From a virus (lineage: Duplodnaviria > Caudoviricetes): a stretch of 64,000 nucleotides of DNA. The notes under the pieces are model-generated. The model saw nothing but the letters and a program-made list of their open reading frames with translations. It did no database searches and had not been told where the DNA came from. The stretch spans positions 32,001-96,000 of the IMG/VR virus record IMGVR_UViG_3300032138_000002. One strand, 5' to 3'. Of this stretch, positions 37,941 through 47,098 are shown in pieces. A program made the translations under genes and the position numbers. Every line of letters starts with the position of its first letter. Within the stretch, counting starts at the first letter, position 1.

Positions 37941-37947
37941 TAAATAG
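37941..37947 (-). promoter_or_regulatory. late-promoter motif CTATTTA before the structured RNA
   Basis: Intergenic, just after the fibre stop codon. Confidence 0.6.
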
Positions 37948-37950
37948 AAA

Positions 37951-40287
37951 TTACTTAGTGTTGTTCTCAACTTTGGCGGCCAATTCCTTGACAGCTTCTA
38001 CGAGAACAGCGGTAAGACGGGCATAGTCAAGACCGAAGTGATCGCCTTCGCCATTGCTGGCGCGGACAACCTCAGGAATAACCTGGTTTACTTCCTGCGC
38101 GATAAATCCGATATCGGACTTACCATCATTCTTCCAGTCGTAGCTTACGCCACGAAGGGACTTAACTGTATCAAGAGCGTTATCAAGCGAGTTGATATTA
38201 GTCTTGAGAGTCTCGTCGGAGTAAGTAATGTAGGAATGTGCTTTAACGGTACCATTGGTAGAATCGTTTGGAAGCACGAGGCCAGCAGCATTACCCCAAG
38301 TCATGGTTTTGAGCGAACCAGCCACTCTAACCTTGAAGTCTATTTTGGCATCTTCTTCTGTAGCCGTGACGTCAGTCTGAGTTACAAGAATCTTAGCGAG
38401 AAGATCCGAGGCACCACCAGAGTCATCAGCGTAGAAATCAATCTCGCCAACTTCATCGTTATCAGCAGGAGAAGCGCTGTTCTTGTTGAACTTAAGTGTA
38501 GCTGGATTTGCATCAGCGTTGGTGTTCTGAAGTTCAAGAACTGGCTTGTCGCTTGTGCCGCTATCAATCACAACGCTTGGCGAAGTAATTGCAACAGCGG
38601 TAGTTGCGTCAATGTCCAAAGTAGCTGTGGAGATCTCAACCTCGACGTCAGCGTCGATGTCAAGTTGTCCGTCAGCACTAGAGTTAACGAAAGTCGCAGT
38701 ATCCTGGAAGCAAAGCTTGTTGGTACTATTCAGAGTGAGGCCTGTGCCATCAGTATGAGTAAGAGTTGTGTCTTGGTCATTACCAAACTGGATAGTAGAA
38801 CTATCAGCAAGATAAAGGTCAGAGAACTCAAGAGCAGTGCTACCCAAAGTTCCGCCATCAGCGGCGTTTGGGAGAACGTTACCGTCAACCTTAACGTCAC
38901 CGCCGGCTGGATCGAGAACGATGTCAGCAGCAGCAACCATCTTAAAGTCAGTATCAACATCAAGGTAGTCAGCGGCGCTGTCTACTTCAAGGCGGATTGC
39001 TCGAAGGTTACCACCAGCAACGCTAAGAAGGTCGCCAGTTTGAGTCATGGTGACATCACCACTATCCCAGTTGATTACTCCACCTTCAGCAAGGAAGAGG
39101 TCGGAGAAGGCTGTGCCTGCTTGACCTAAGTAAGCGCCATCATCGGCGTCAGGCACCATTCCAGTTTGGAAAACTGCTTGGCCGGATACGTTCATAGCCG
39201 CGTTAACATCCAAAGTAGTACAATCAATGTTTACGTCCGTAGTGGCAGCGATGTCAAGATCTGCTCCCGAAGAGCCGTTGATGTACTGAGTAGCATCATT
39301 GAACTCGATTTTGTTGGTCGAAGCCATGAGAAGCGACGTTGCCGAAGCATCAAAGCGGGCGATTTCGCCAACTGGGTTACATTCAAAGAGAATGTCATCG
39401 CCACTTACTGAAGACGAAATGGACTGCCCGGAAGCATGAGCCATGTTAAACTTCATTTGCAAAGTGCCGCCATCCTTTAAAAGAACAGCACCACCGTCGG
39501 CGTCAAGGATAACCTTGTCCGAAGCGTCGAGGTTGATGTCAGCGGCGTCACCACCAACAAGGTCTAAGTCAGCAGCAAGGGAAGCCGAAACTACCATCTT
39601 GCTAGAAGATTGACTGATTGCACCAAATTGTACCCCATCATCTTTGAAAAGAACATCAGCGCCACCAGCATCAAGAATGATGTCGGTGCTGCAATCCAAG
39701 GTAAGATTACCTGTGGAAGTGATGGAAATGGGTGTAGCCGCGATTGTGAGACCGGTTGTGCCATCGTGAGTGAGTGTGGCGTCGCCACCATCACCTAAAG
39801 AAAGAACAGCAGAGTCGGAACTCAAGGTTACGTCGTCAGCGACGTCGAGGTCGCCAGCGCATACGACTTGACCACCACCACCAAGTGTGATGGTGTTGGT
39901 TGCTGTTGTGGTCGCAGCGAAAATGATTTTATTTTCATCTGCGTCACCGATGATGTTGCCACCAAGAGTGAGGTTACCTGCGATAGTAACATTGGTTGGA
40001 AGACCGAAAGTCATTGTGGTTCCCGCGAATGAGGTTTCAACCTCAAGCGAGGTACCAGCAAGAGTAAAGGTATCCGAACTCAAGTCAATATCGCCACTGC
40101 CGGAGTCACCAGCTACGGTAAGACTATTACCACCAGCTAAGTCGACAATACCGGTCGATTGAGAAATATATAGTTTTGGAACTGTAGCAGAACCCGACGC
40201 GAAAATGCGCGGATGTGTGTTACCCACACCACCCGAAACATTTGCGATGTTTTCGTACTCAGAAAAAACTTGATAAGTTGTAGACAT
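37951..40287 (-). CDS. tail fibre/spike with C-terminal peptidase S74 chaperone
   Basis: Asp/Gly/Ser-rich beta repeats; YSDETLKTNI...GFIAQEV..VIPEVV...DYARL..L.EAVKEL. Confidence 0.88.
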   Translation of the reverse strand: MSTTYQVFSEYENIANVSGGVGNTHPRIFASGSATVPKLYISQSTGIVDLAGGNSLTVAGDSGSGDIDLSSDTFTLAGTSLEVETSFAGTTMTFGLPTNVTIAGNLTLGGNIIGDADENKIIFAATTTATNTITLGGGGQVVCAGDLDVADDVTLSSDSAVLSLGDGGDATLTHDGTTGLTIAATPISITSTGNLTLDCSTDIILDAGGADVLFKDDGVQFGAISQSSSKMVVSASLAADLDLVGGDAADINLDASDKVILDADGGAVLLKDGGTLQMKFNMAHASGQSISSSVSGDDILFECNPVGEIARFDASATSLLMASTNKIEFNDATQYINGSSGADLDIAATTDVNIDCTTLDVNAAMNVSGQAVFQTGMVPDADDGAYLGQAGTAFSDLFLAEGGVINWDSGDVTMTQTGDLLSVAGGNLRAIRLEVDSAADYLDVDTDFKMVAAADIVLDPAGGDVKVDGNVLPNAADGGTLGSTALEFSDLYLADSSTIQFGNDQDTTLTHTDGTGLTLNSTNKLCFQDTATFVNSSADGQLDIDADVEVEISTATLDIDATTAVAITSPSVVIDSGTSDKPVLELQNTNADANPATLKFNKNSASPADNDEVGEIDFYADDSGGASDLLAKILVTQTDVTATEEDAKIDFKVRVAGSLKTMTWGNAAGLVLPNDSTNGTVKAHSYITYSDETLKTNINSLDNALDTVKSLRGVSYDWKNDGKSDIGFIAQEVNQVIPEVVRASNGEGDHFGLDYARLTAVLVEAVKELAAKVENNTK

Positions 40288-40387
40288 AAAAAACCCTCCT
40301 ATGTTTTGTTTTTTATATGTTTTGGCTAGAGATGTACCTCTGCACCCCTAATCACTTAGGAAGTAGTCGGCAAACCCTCGCCACTAC

Positions 40388-40394
40388 TAAATAG
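40388..40394 (-). promoter_or_regulatory. late-promoter motif CTATTTA (tail fibre)
   Basis: Intergenic; overlaps the inverted repeat AATAGAGC-N5-GCTCTATT. Confidence 0.65.
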
Positions 40395-40433
40395 AGCACT
40401 GCGCTCTATTAAGAACAAAAAAACCATAGTTTT

Positions 40434-41249
40434 TTATTTTTTTAATTTATTAATTTCTCGCTGCAATAAATCTATTTGTTTTTGTTGATCTTTTATAGCT
40501 TCTATCAATATCGGCGTTAAGCGAGAATAATCAATTCCCAATAGCTCGCTCTGAGAGTCTACAATTTCTGGAAGAATTATCTGCATTTCCTGGGCGATAA
40601 GTCCCACCTCGGGAGACCCGCCCGTTTTTAAATTATAAGTTACACCCTGCATCGAGCGTACCTTTTCAATCGCACCATCAATGGGTTTAATATTAGTTTT
40701 AATTCGTTCATCTGAATAAGTAACATATGCCGAAGCCTTGATCTGGCCCGTCTGCGCGTTGTTCGGAAGAATAAGCCCATAGCTAGAATTTGGAGCTATC
40801 CCAATACCCACTGAACCTGCGAAATAACCTCCTTGAGAACCCGTCAATTGTGCCGTGATGGTCGTAGTGTCGGCTGCCGCGTTCCCCAAGGTCACGCTTC
40901 CAGAGACACCCAGAGTGCCGCCGACGCCAAGAGACCCCGTTGTGTCGATATAACCATTTCCGCTAGCTATCCAGCCGACATCATCCTCAAGGCCCGCTGC
41001 AGCTATAGTTATGGTGCCGGCACCATCGTCTGTTATCGTTATGTTCGAGCCGGTCGCAAGACTTTTAAATTGTAATTCTGTGCCAGACTTTTGATAAAAA
41101 ACGCCGTCGGCTCCAGGATCCCCTACGTTTGCGGCAGTGTTGACTTCACCACCACTAGACGCGTCCGAATACTGGATGATCTTTTTACGTAATTTCCCTT
41201 CGGTATAATCGGCAATGTTGCCGACACCGGGACGAAAAGATTTAGCCAT
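40434..41249 (-). CDS. short fibre protein with peptidase S74 chaperone
   Basis: YSDERIKTNI...GLIAQEM...DYSRLTPILIEAIKD. Confidence 0.85.
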   Translation of the reverse strand: MAKSFRPGVGNIADYTEGKLRKKIIQYSDASSGGEVNTAANVGDPGADGVFYQKSGTELQFKSLATGSNITITDDGAGTITIAAAGLEDDVGWIASGNGYIDTTGSLGVGGTLGVSGSVTLGNAAADTTTITAQLTGSQGGYFAGSVGIGIAPNSSYGLILPNNAQTGQIKASAYVTYSDERIKTNIKPIDGAIEKVRSMQGVTYNLKTGGSPEVGLIAQEMQIILPEIVDSQSELLGIDYSRLTPILIEAIKDQQKQIDLLQREINKLKK

Positions 41250-41263
41250 GACAATATAGTCTC

Positions 41264-41683
41264 CTACTTAAGAGCGTATGAGGCTCCTATAGTAATTAGT
41301 AGGCCGGTGCCAATGCCGCCTAGAAACCACCACGTAGTATTGTCTCTTTCTAATGCTAAGTCTTGTAAGCTCTCAATTTGACCATTCTTTATGGAGAGCA
41401 TGGAATCATATTTTTTGTTAGCTGCATCCAGATCAGCTTGCAAATTGTCGATCGTAAGGCCTAATTCGGCTCGCAGTCGCTCTTCTAGAATTTCTAAGTT
41501 CAAACTATGTTGAGCAATCAAAGCTTCTCTCTGCGCAATCGTCTCGGCAACTGCGGCAGCATTATATAATATCCCACTATATGGTGCTGTATCACCCTCA
41601 CTCAAAGGGGCAATCTGTGGGAGTTCTGCCATAGCCTGAAAAGGAAACAGCATTAATAAAAATATTGAAACTAGTTTAGTCAT
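41264..41683 (-). CDS. exported coiled-coil protein with C-terminal TM (spanin-like candidate)
   Basis: Signal peptide ending AMA-E, coiled coil, C-terminal WWFLGGIGTGLLITIGASY. Confidence 0.5.
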   Translation of the reverse strand: MTKLVSIFLLMLFPFQAMAELPQIAPLSEGDTAPYSGILYNAAAVAETIAQREALIAQHSLNLEILEERLRAELGLTIDNLQADLDAANKKYDSMLSIKNGQIESLQDLALERDNTTWWFLGGIGTGLLITIGASYALK

Positions 41684-41686
41684 TAT

Positions 41687-42103
41687 CTATATATTTTTTA
41701 AAATATCTTGTACTGCTTCTTGTGTTTGTGCTTTAAAAATCTTAAGGGCATCTTCTTTTTCAATTTTATGCTTTTTTAAAACTTTTATGAGATTTTTGAC
41801 AGCCTTTTGTCTTTTCGCGTCTTCGCGAGGAGCAGAACGACGCATATGATAGCCTCCCCAAGCATTAATAATTTGTAAATCTCTATTTCCAATCGTATAT
41901 TTACGTGTTTGAGTTGTCTGGACGGGAACTTCTCGTTCTGGAGTTTGAGCGGCTACATCCTGGGGTGCCATGGCGCCAAAGCCAGATAGTGTCCCCATTC
42001 CTAAAGCCAACTTCTGTTTCCAATTCAATTCATTAAGTTCCTCTGTAAGAAGCCCTTGTTCGAACTTTTTCCAATTCTCTAATATTAGTTTCATATCACT
42101 CAT
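41687..42103 (-). CDS. hypothetical protein, possible internal virion protein
   Basis: MSDMKLILENWKKF...LLTEELNE followed by a hydrophobic segment; start set by GGGAGA RBS. Confidence 0.6.
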   Translation of the reverse strand: MSDMKLILENWKKFEQGLLTEELNELNWKQKLALGMGTLSGFGAMAPQDVAAQTPEREVPVQTTQTRKYTIGNRDLQIINAWGGYHMRRSAPREDAKRQKAVKNLIKVLKKHKIEKEDALKIFKAQTQEAVQDILKNI

Positions 42104-42515
42104 TAGGTTTCTCCCATATTTCAAATCCGAACTCTTCTTTAATTAGTTCGGCTAATTTATTTGGGTCATCCTTTGTTTCTTCAATAATTTCTTTAACCCG
42201 TTGTTTTTGTTGAGATGTAATTTTCTGGCTTTCCTCCTCCAGCTTCCTCTCTATAAGTTTCAAAGTGAGTTGATATTTTTTAAGATTATCCTCACGCTCT
42301 TTAATCGCTTGTGCGTGAGCCTCTTCTAGCGCGGAGACTTCTGCTTTGTGGGCGGCCCGGGCGTCTGCTAACATCTTTTTGGCGTTGCGGGTGTTTTTGC
42401 TAAAAATTGCATAAAGGAGAATGGTGTACACTAAAAGTGCAACAATCTTCCAATTATGTTTACACCACAACCACGCTTTAGCTAGGCCGGTTTTGAAAGC
42501 CAACCATGTCATCAC
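42096..42515 (-). CDS. i-spanin-like protein
   Basis: N-terminal TM plus long coiled coil, directly after the holin-like gene. Confidence 0.5.
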   Translation of the reverse strand: MMTWLAFKTGLAKAWLWCKHNWKIVALLVYTILLYAIFSKNTRNAKKMLADARAAHKAEVSALEEAHAQAIKEREDNLKKYQLTLKLIERKLEEESQKITSQQKQRVKEIIEETKDDPNKLAELIKEEFGFEIWEKPNE

Positions 42516-42715
42516 CTGTTATCACCATGTTTCCAGCGACTGGCAATATCAGCCAAACCTTCAATGCCAATATAAGCTAGCGCAACGGCAACCCATTCGT
42601 CTGAACCTAATTTATCCATTGCCAAAAAAGCTGTTGCTGTCGCCCATACAACAAGCTTTCGTGAGGCCCAACGCTCCAGCCAGCGGTCCATGCGTGCTCT
42701 CGTTTTATCACTCAT
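42512..42715 (-). CDS. holin-like two-TM protein
   Basis: 67 aa, SRKLVVWATATAFL / WVAVALAYIG. Confidence 0.55.
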   Translation of the reverse strand: MSDKTRARMDRWLERWASRKLVVWATATAFLAMDKLGSDEWVAVALAYIGIEGLADIASRWKHGDNR

Positions 42716-42730
42716 GATTTTCTCCTTGAG

Positions 42731-42979
42731 TTAATGGGATAAATAGCTTCTATTCTCCAAAAAACACTCATATTCTTCACAAGCTTCATTTAATTTTTCA
42801 AAGGCTATAAGGCGCTCTCCATAGGAAGCTTGATCATCATTTACAACTTGTCTATATTCATCTATTTCCTCTTTTAGCCTTTTAAACTTACGGACTTGTT
42901 TCAGTAACTGGTCCAGCTTCTGCTCGTACTTTTCGCGCAAGATTTGGTATTTGTAATCGTTGAGTTGTGCTGTGGTCAT
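42731..42979 (-). CDS. hypothetical coiled-coil protein
   Basis: 82 aa with AGGAG RBS. Confidence 0.65.
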   Translation of the reverse strand: MTTAQLNDYKYQILREKYEQKLDQLLKQVRKFKRLKEEIDEYRQVVNDDQASYGERLIAFEKLNEACEEYECFLENRSYLSH

Positions 42980-42992
42980 ATATATTTTCTCC

Positions 42993-45900
42993 TTATTGGT
43001 TAATATATGCTAGGCCGTCGACTTTTTCAATTTCGATAGTGGTGTCGACGCAATCTTTGAGGGAATCAAGGTGAGAAATAAGAAAAACCGTTTTAAATTG
43101 GGTTTTGATCATATCAGTTAATATTCGGATGAACCCCTCCATGTTGTCTTCGTCAAGGGACGTCCCCGGTTCGTCCAAGATAAATAAATCTGGCTTGGGG
43201 AGATTTGATACACTAAGTAGCGCAAGCCTAATGGCCATAGCAGCAATTGTCTTTTCAGCACCGGAACCCAACTCGATGGGCCGGGGTTCGTACTTAGAGT
43301 GCTTAATATTGATCTCAAGTTTTTTATCATTAGTCTCAAAGAAGACCTCAAAATCAACAATGTTAGATAAAATCTTGGCAATCTCCTCATTAATGACCGG
43401 TAACTTGTTTTTAATGATATCATAGGGAATTCCATCTTTGGAGCGCATGCACTTCTCATAAAGGTCGTAGGCCGCATAGTCTAGACGTAGTATCGCAAGT
43501 TCTTGTCGCTGGTCTCCGAGATTTTGTAATCGCTGTTCAAGGGAGCCATGGTTCTTATGAAGTTGTAGAAGTTCTTCTTCGCATATACCGAGCAGTTGCT
43601 CTTTCTCTTTTATTTGTGCGCATGTTGTTTTTTTCTGACTTAAGAGTTTTTCCAGATTTTCAATAGCTTCGCGATTGTTTTCATATTCAAGCAATTCCAT
43701 ATTAAGTCTCTCAACAGCCAATTGATTTGTGATAATCATATTATTATTTTTTTCGACAATTAGTTGGAGGTCTGAAATTACACGTTGTGTCTTATTTTCT
43801 TTATCAGCGATCTCTTCGTAACGTTCAACATATTGTTGCACCTTGTCGGGCTGTAGAAACTGAATTTTAGTTTCGGTCTCCGTTGAATATGTGCCTATTC
43901 TCTTGATCGCCTCTTCAATAATGTTAACGGTATTCGCCGATTTGTGGGCGTCCTTAATAAACTTACAGTGAGAGTACTCGCTGCCGCATGGAACTTCATC
44001 TAACAACGTAGATTTCTTCTTAGCTGCTAATAAGTCTTTGTCTTTATGACGTTTTTCGTTGTAAAGGTTATCCAGTTCTTGACGGTGTTCTTTGATAATC
44101 TGTTGAGTTTGTACGAATTCATCAATATCAAATACTGATTTAAGCTTGCGGACTTTTTCCAAATAAGCCTGGTGATCTTTAACCTGAGTATCACTAGCGA
44201 GATTTGCGCGAATAAGTTCTTGCACTTCGCGCTGTTTCGCCTCTAAAGAATTTTTAACTTCTTCATAATTTATAATTTCTGCGGGGATGGAACTAATTTT
44301 ATTTTTTATTTCCGCGAGGATATTTTGTTTCTTGCTGATTGTGCGCTTTACAGATCCGCAATATTTCTTCTTTTCCTTAGTAACTTTTTCGCTCTCTGCG
44401 ATATCGGCTTTTATCTCTTCAACTTCACTATCAAACTCTTTCTCTTCCAAACGTTTGATCGCCGACCTAATATCGGTGCATTCCTCTTTGGCCAATTTAT
44501 ATTTTTTATCGAAAATTTCTAAATCCAAAAATTTAGCCAAGATCTCTTTGCGTTTTACAGACCCTTCTTTAATATAGGAAAGGGAATCAGTCTGAGATGC
44601 CATAGATGTCAGCAAGAAATCGTCGAAGGTCCCGAAAATCTTACGGATTTTCTTGTCCGTATCTTGCCGACTTAAACCGTTTAGTTCTTGTTCGTCCCCT
44701 GTCACACCATCCTTTCGGGAAAACCCTACGTTAGTTTTTGCTTCTTTCGTGGTTTTGCCGTGCAACGTTCTTAGATATTTTTCTGAGTTTCTATCGATAG
44801 AGTAGAGTTTATCCCCCACCCATATATTAACTCTGCCCTGACAGTATTCTTTATTCTGATTGATCACATCAAGATTTTTTCTGTTGTTCTTGGACGTTTT
44901 ATCAAACATCGTGTACAGAATACTGTCGACCACGCTCGATTTACCAGAATAGTTTTTTCCGAATATGCCAACGATGCCCTCAAGGTTCCGAAAGTTGATT
45001 TTGTTGCCTTCCCCGTAGTTAAAAAGATTATCCCACTCTATAGAATCAATCCTCCAGCTTGTATTGCGAATAACATCCTCTTCTTCCTCAACGACGGTGT
45101 TAAATCGCTTGTTCAAATCAAGAACTTTATCCAGAATTTCCTCCGAGGGGTCGTAATCCTTCAAGTATTCGCGAATGAACTTTTCTTGGACACCAATATC
45201 GCGAAGGTCTTCTTGAAGCAAATTACTTGTCAAATTTTCTACATTCCCTCTATTGCCAGTCGCCTTGTTCACAAAGGTTACCACCTCGGGCTTGAACTTC
45301 GTCTTGGCTACCTCCACAGCTTTTTTAAGAACATTTAAAGAGAGATTATTGCGCGATACAACACGCAGCCGGGCGTTCGGAGGCACCACAGCCTTTTTAG
45401 GGATTTTGCCCTTGGGGGTAAGTTCTACAGTAACGAAGGGTTTGGGATTGGGAACAGCAACATGTTCGCAAGTATAGTTGTCTTTATCTTGAATATCCCA
45501 AACCAGATATCCTTTATCATTAGTTTCTCCATGGTTTTGTTGGACTGTCGAACCACAATAACGCACTCGGCCGTCGTCGTCCAAGATCTGATTAGTCTTG
45601 TGAATATCCCCGAGAAACACATAATCGTAATTCTTAAAAATAGAGATATCATTTTCCCCGTATTCCATAACCCAATTTTGGTCCGTCTTGCAGCCGCTAA
45701 TTGAGCCATGGTGAAGTGCAATGTTTATTCGATCTAGATCAGCCGGTTCTTTCCAATTTTCTTCATCAAATACGGATAAGACATTTAAAGAAAAGATATC
45801 ATCGATGTGCGTCTCCCCGGATTGTTTTAAGAAATGAAGCTGCGGGTGGTTGAGCGCTTCTACAATGGGGGTGATGGCGTCTTGCCGGCTACTATTTTTT

Positions 45901-46151
45901 AAATTTCCGTCATGATTGCCGGGAATTACATACGTCGGGGCGATGTCTGCTAAATTCTTCAAAAACCATTGGGCCATGTCAAAATATTCAGGGCTTAATT
46001 GGGTCTTGGTATGGGCGAGGTCACCGCAATGGATAATGCAATCCACTTTTTCTTTCTTAAGATTTTCGAATATTTGTGTGAAGACCTTACGATATTCATG
46101 GTGGTACTTCAGATTCCGGATGTGGGTATCTGCAATGTGGGCGAACTTCAA
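42993..46151 (-). CDS. fused Mre11/SbcD nuclease - Rad50/SbcC ATPase (gp47-gp46)
   Basis: ADTH, GDL, GNHD, GDIH metallophosphoesterase motifs; Walker A GKNYSGKS, coiled coil, GSGAE, LFILDEP, ISH. Confidence 0.93.
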   Translation of the reverse strand: MKFAHIADTHIRNLKYHHEYRKVFTQIFENLKKEKVDCIIHCGDLAHTKTQLSPEYFDMAQWFLKNLADIAPTYVIPGNHDGNLKNSSRQDAITPIVEALNHPQLHFLKQSGETHIDDIFSLNVLSVFDEENWKEPADLDRINIALHHGSISGCKTDQNWVMEYGENDISIFKNYDYVFLGDIHKTNQILDDDGRVRYCGSTVQQNHGETNDKGYLVWDIQDKDNYTCEHVAVPNPKPFVTVELTPKGKIPKKAVVPPNARLRVVSRNNLSLNVLKKAVEVAKTKFKPEVVTFVNKATGNRGNVENLTSNLLQEDLRDIGVQEKFIREYLKDYDPSEEILDKVLDLNKRFNTVVEEEEDVIRNTSWRIDSIEWDNLFNYGEGNKINFRNLEGIVGIFGKNYSGKSSVVDSILYTMFDKTSKNNRKNLDVINQNKEYCQGRVNIWVGDKLYSIDRNSEKYLRTLHGKTTKEAKTNVGFSRKDGVTGDEQELNGLSRQDTDKKIRKIFGTFDDFLLTSMASQTDSLSYIKEGSVKRKEILAKFLDLEIFDKKYKLAKEECTDIRSAIKRLEEKEFDSEVEEIKADIAESEKVTKEKKKYCGSVKRTISKKQNILAEIKNKISSIPAEIINYEEVKNSLEAKQREVQELIRANLASDTQVKDHQAYLEKVRKLKSVFDIDEFVQTQQIIKEHRQELDNLYNEKRHKDKDLLAAKKKSTLLDEVPCGSEYSHCKFIKDAHKSANTVNIIEEAIKRIGTYSTETETKIQFLQPDKVQQYVERYEEIADKENKTQRVISDLQLIVEKNNNMIITNQLAVERLNMELLEYENNREAIENLEKLLSQKKTTCAQIKEKEQLLGICEEELLQLHKNHGSLEQRLQNLGDQRQELAILRLDYAAYDLYEKCMRSKDGIPYDIIKNKLPVINEEIAKILSNIVDFEVFFETNDKKLEINIKHSKYEPRPIELGSGAEKTIAAMAIRLALLSVSNLPKPDLFILDEPGTSLDEDNMEGFIRILTDMIKTQFKTVFLISHLDSLKDCVDTTIEIEKVDGLAYINQ

Positions 46152-46159
46152 AATTTCTC

Positions 46160-47098
46160 CTAAATTTTTATTGAATCCAGCGCGTGGTCTATCATAAATG
46201 TATCAGGGCTCATGAAAATAGCGTTTTGTTTTCTCTCAGAGAATTCTTCTTTCGACATTTCTCCGATGTCCTGATACCCGGATGTATCGATTTTGTAAAC
46301 CTCTGCCCCGTAAGACAGAAGTTTATGGATAATATTAATAGATTTTTTCTTTGCATCCTCATCCAGAGCGACGAAAACTGACGCATCATTTTTAATGATT
46401 TCTTGAAATAGCAAGCTGTTAACTCGTAGTGTTGATCCCAGCATGGGAATTGAATTAGGGCCGGCGACGATCGCATCAAAGGCCCCTTCGACTAAAACGA
46501 CGTCTTTATTCCAATCCACAAAGAGATGGTTAAAAATAATGTCCCGGGAGGCCGAAGGGTTTAAATATTTTCTCCAGTCGTCAGTGAAGCTACGAGCGAT
46601 GAAGTAGTTCACGCGACCTTCCATATCAAAAGAAGGTACAATTATTCTCCCTTCGAACTGACCGCGAAGACAATAGCCTATTTTCCATTTTACTATATCT
46701 TCCTGTGTAATATTACGATTTTTAAGATAATTGAGGGCTCTCATAGACGAGAGTTCTTTGTTCCCTCCAGTTAGTGTAACAAATTCTTCCGGAAGAGTCA
46801 AGTAGTTTTTTATATTTTTTTTAACAATATCGTCAAAAAGCTTATCGAACTCTGTAATATCCTCTTTACCCGATAAGCGGTCCCAATCCTTAAGTTGGGC
46901 ATAACTACCAAATCTTTTGATGACGCGGCGGATTTTACGCCCATGTACATCACAGATCCAGCACTTGTATACATCACGCTCAGTATTTACTGACATCTTC
47001 CTTTTATGGTGACGGCAATAAGGACAATAATATAGACGTTCCTCGTTAGAAACAAAAGGTTTCCCGAGGATATCTTTTAAGATTTTATACTTTTCCAT
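46160..47098 (-). CDS. DNA primase (Zn finger plus TOPRIM)
   Basis: CPYC...CWIC, YLKNR, RIIVP, KYLN, VEGAFDA, LDED. Confidence 0.9.
   Translation of the reverse strand: MEKYKILKDILGKPFVSNEERLYYCPYCRHHKRKMSVNTERDVYKCWICDVHGRKIRRVIKRFGSYAQLKDWDRLSGKEDITEFDKLFDDIVKKNIKNYLTLPEEFVTLTGGNKELSSMRALNYLKNRNITQEDIVKWKIGYCLRGQFEGRIIVPSFDMEGRVNYFIARSFTDDWRKYLNPSASRDIIFNHLFVDWNKDVVLVEGAFDAIVAGPNSIPMLGSTLRVNSLLFQEIIKNDASVFVALDEDAKKKSINIIHKLLSYGAEVYKIDTSGYQDIGEMSKEEFSERKQNAIFMSPDTFMIDHALDSIKI

Noticed and set aside
38038-39129. Long plus-strand ORFs (363 aa here; also 27853..28482, 25524..26159, 55873..56445)
   Set aside because: They are antisense shadows of well-supported minus-strand genes and have no motifs or RBS of their own.
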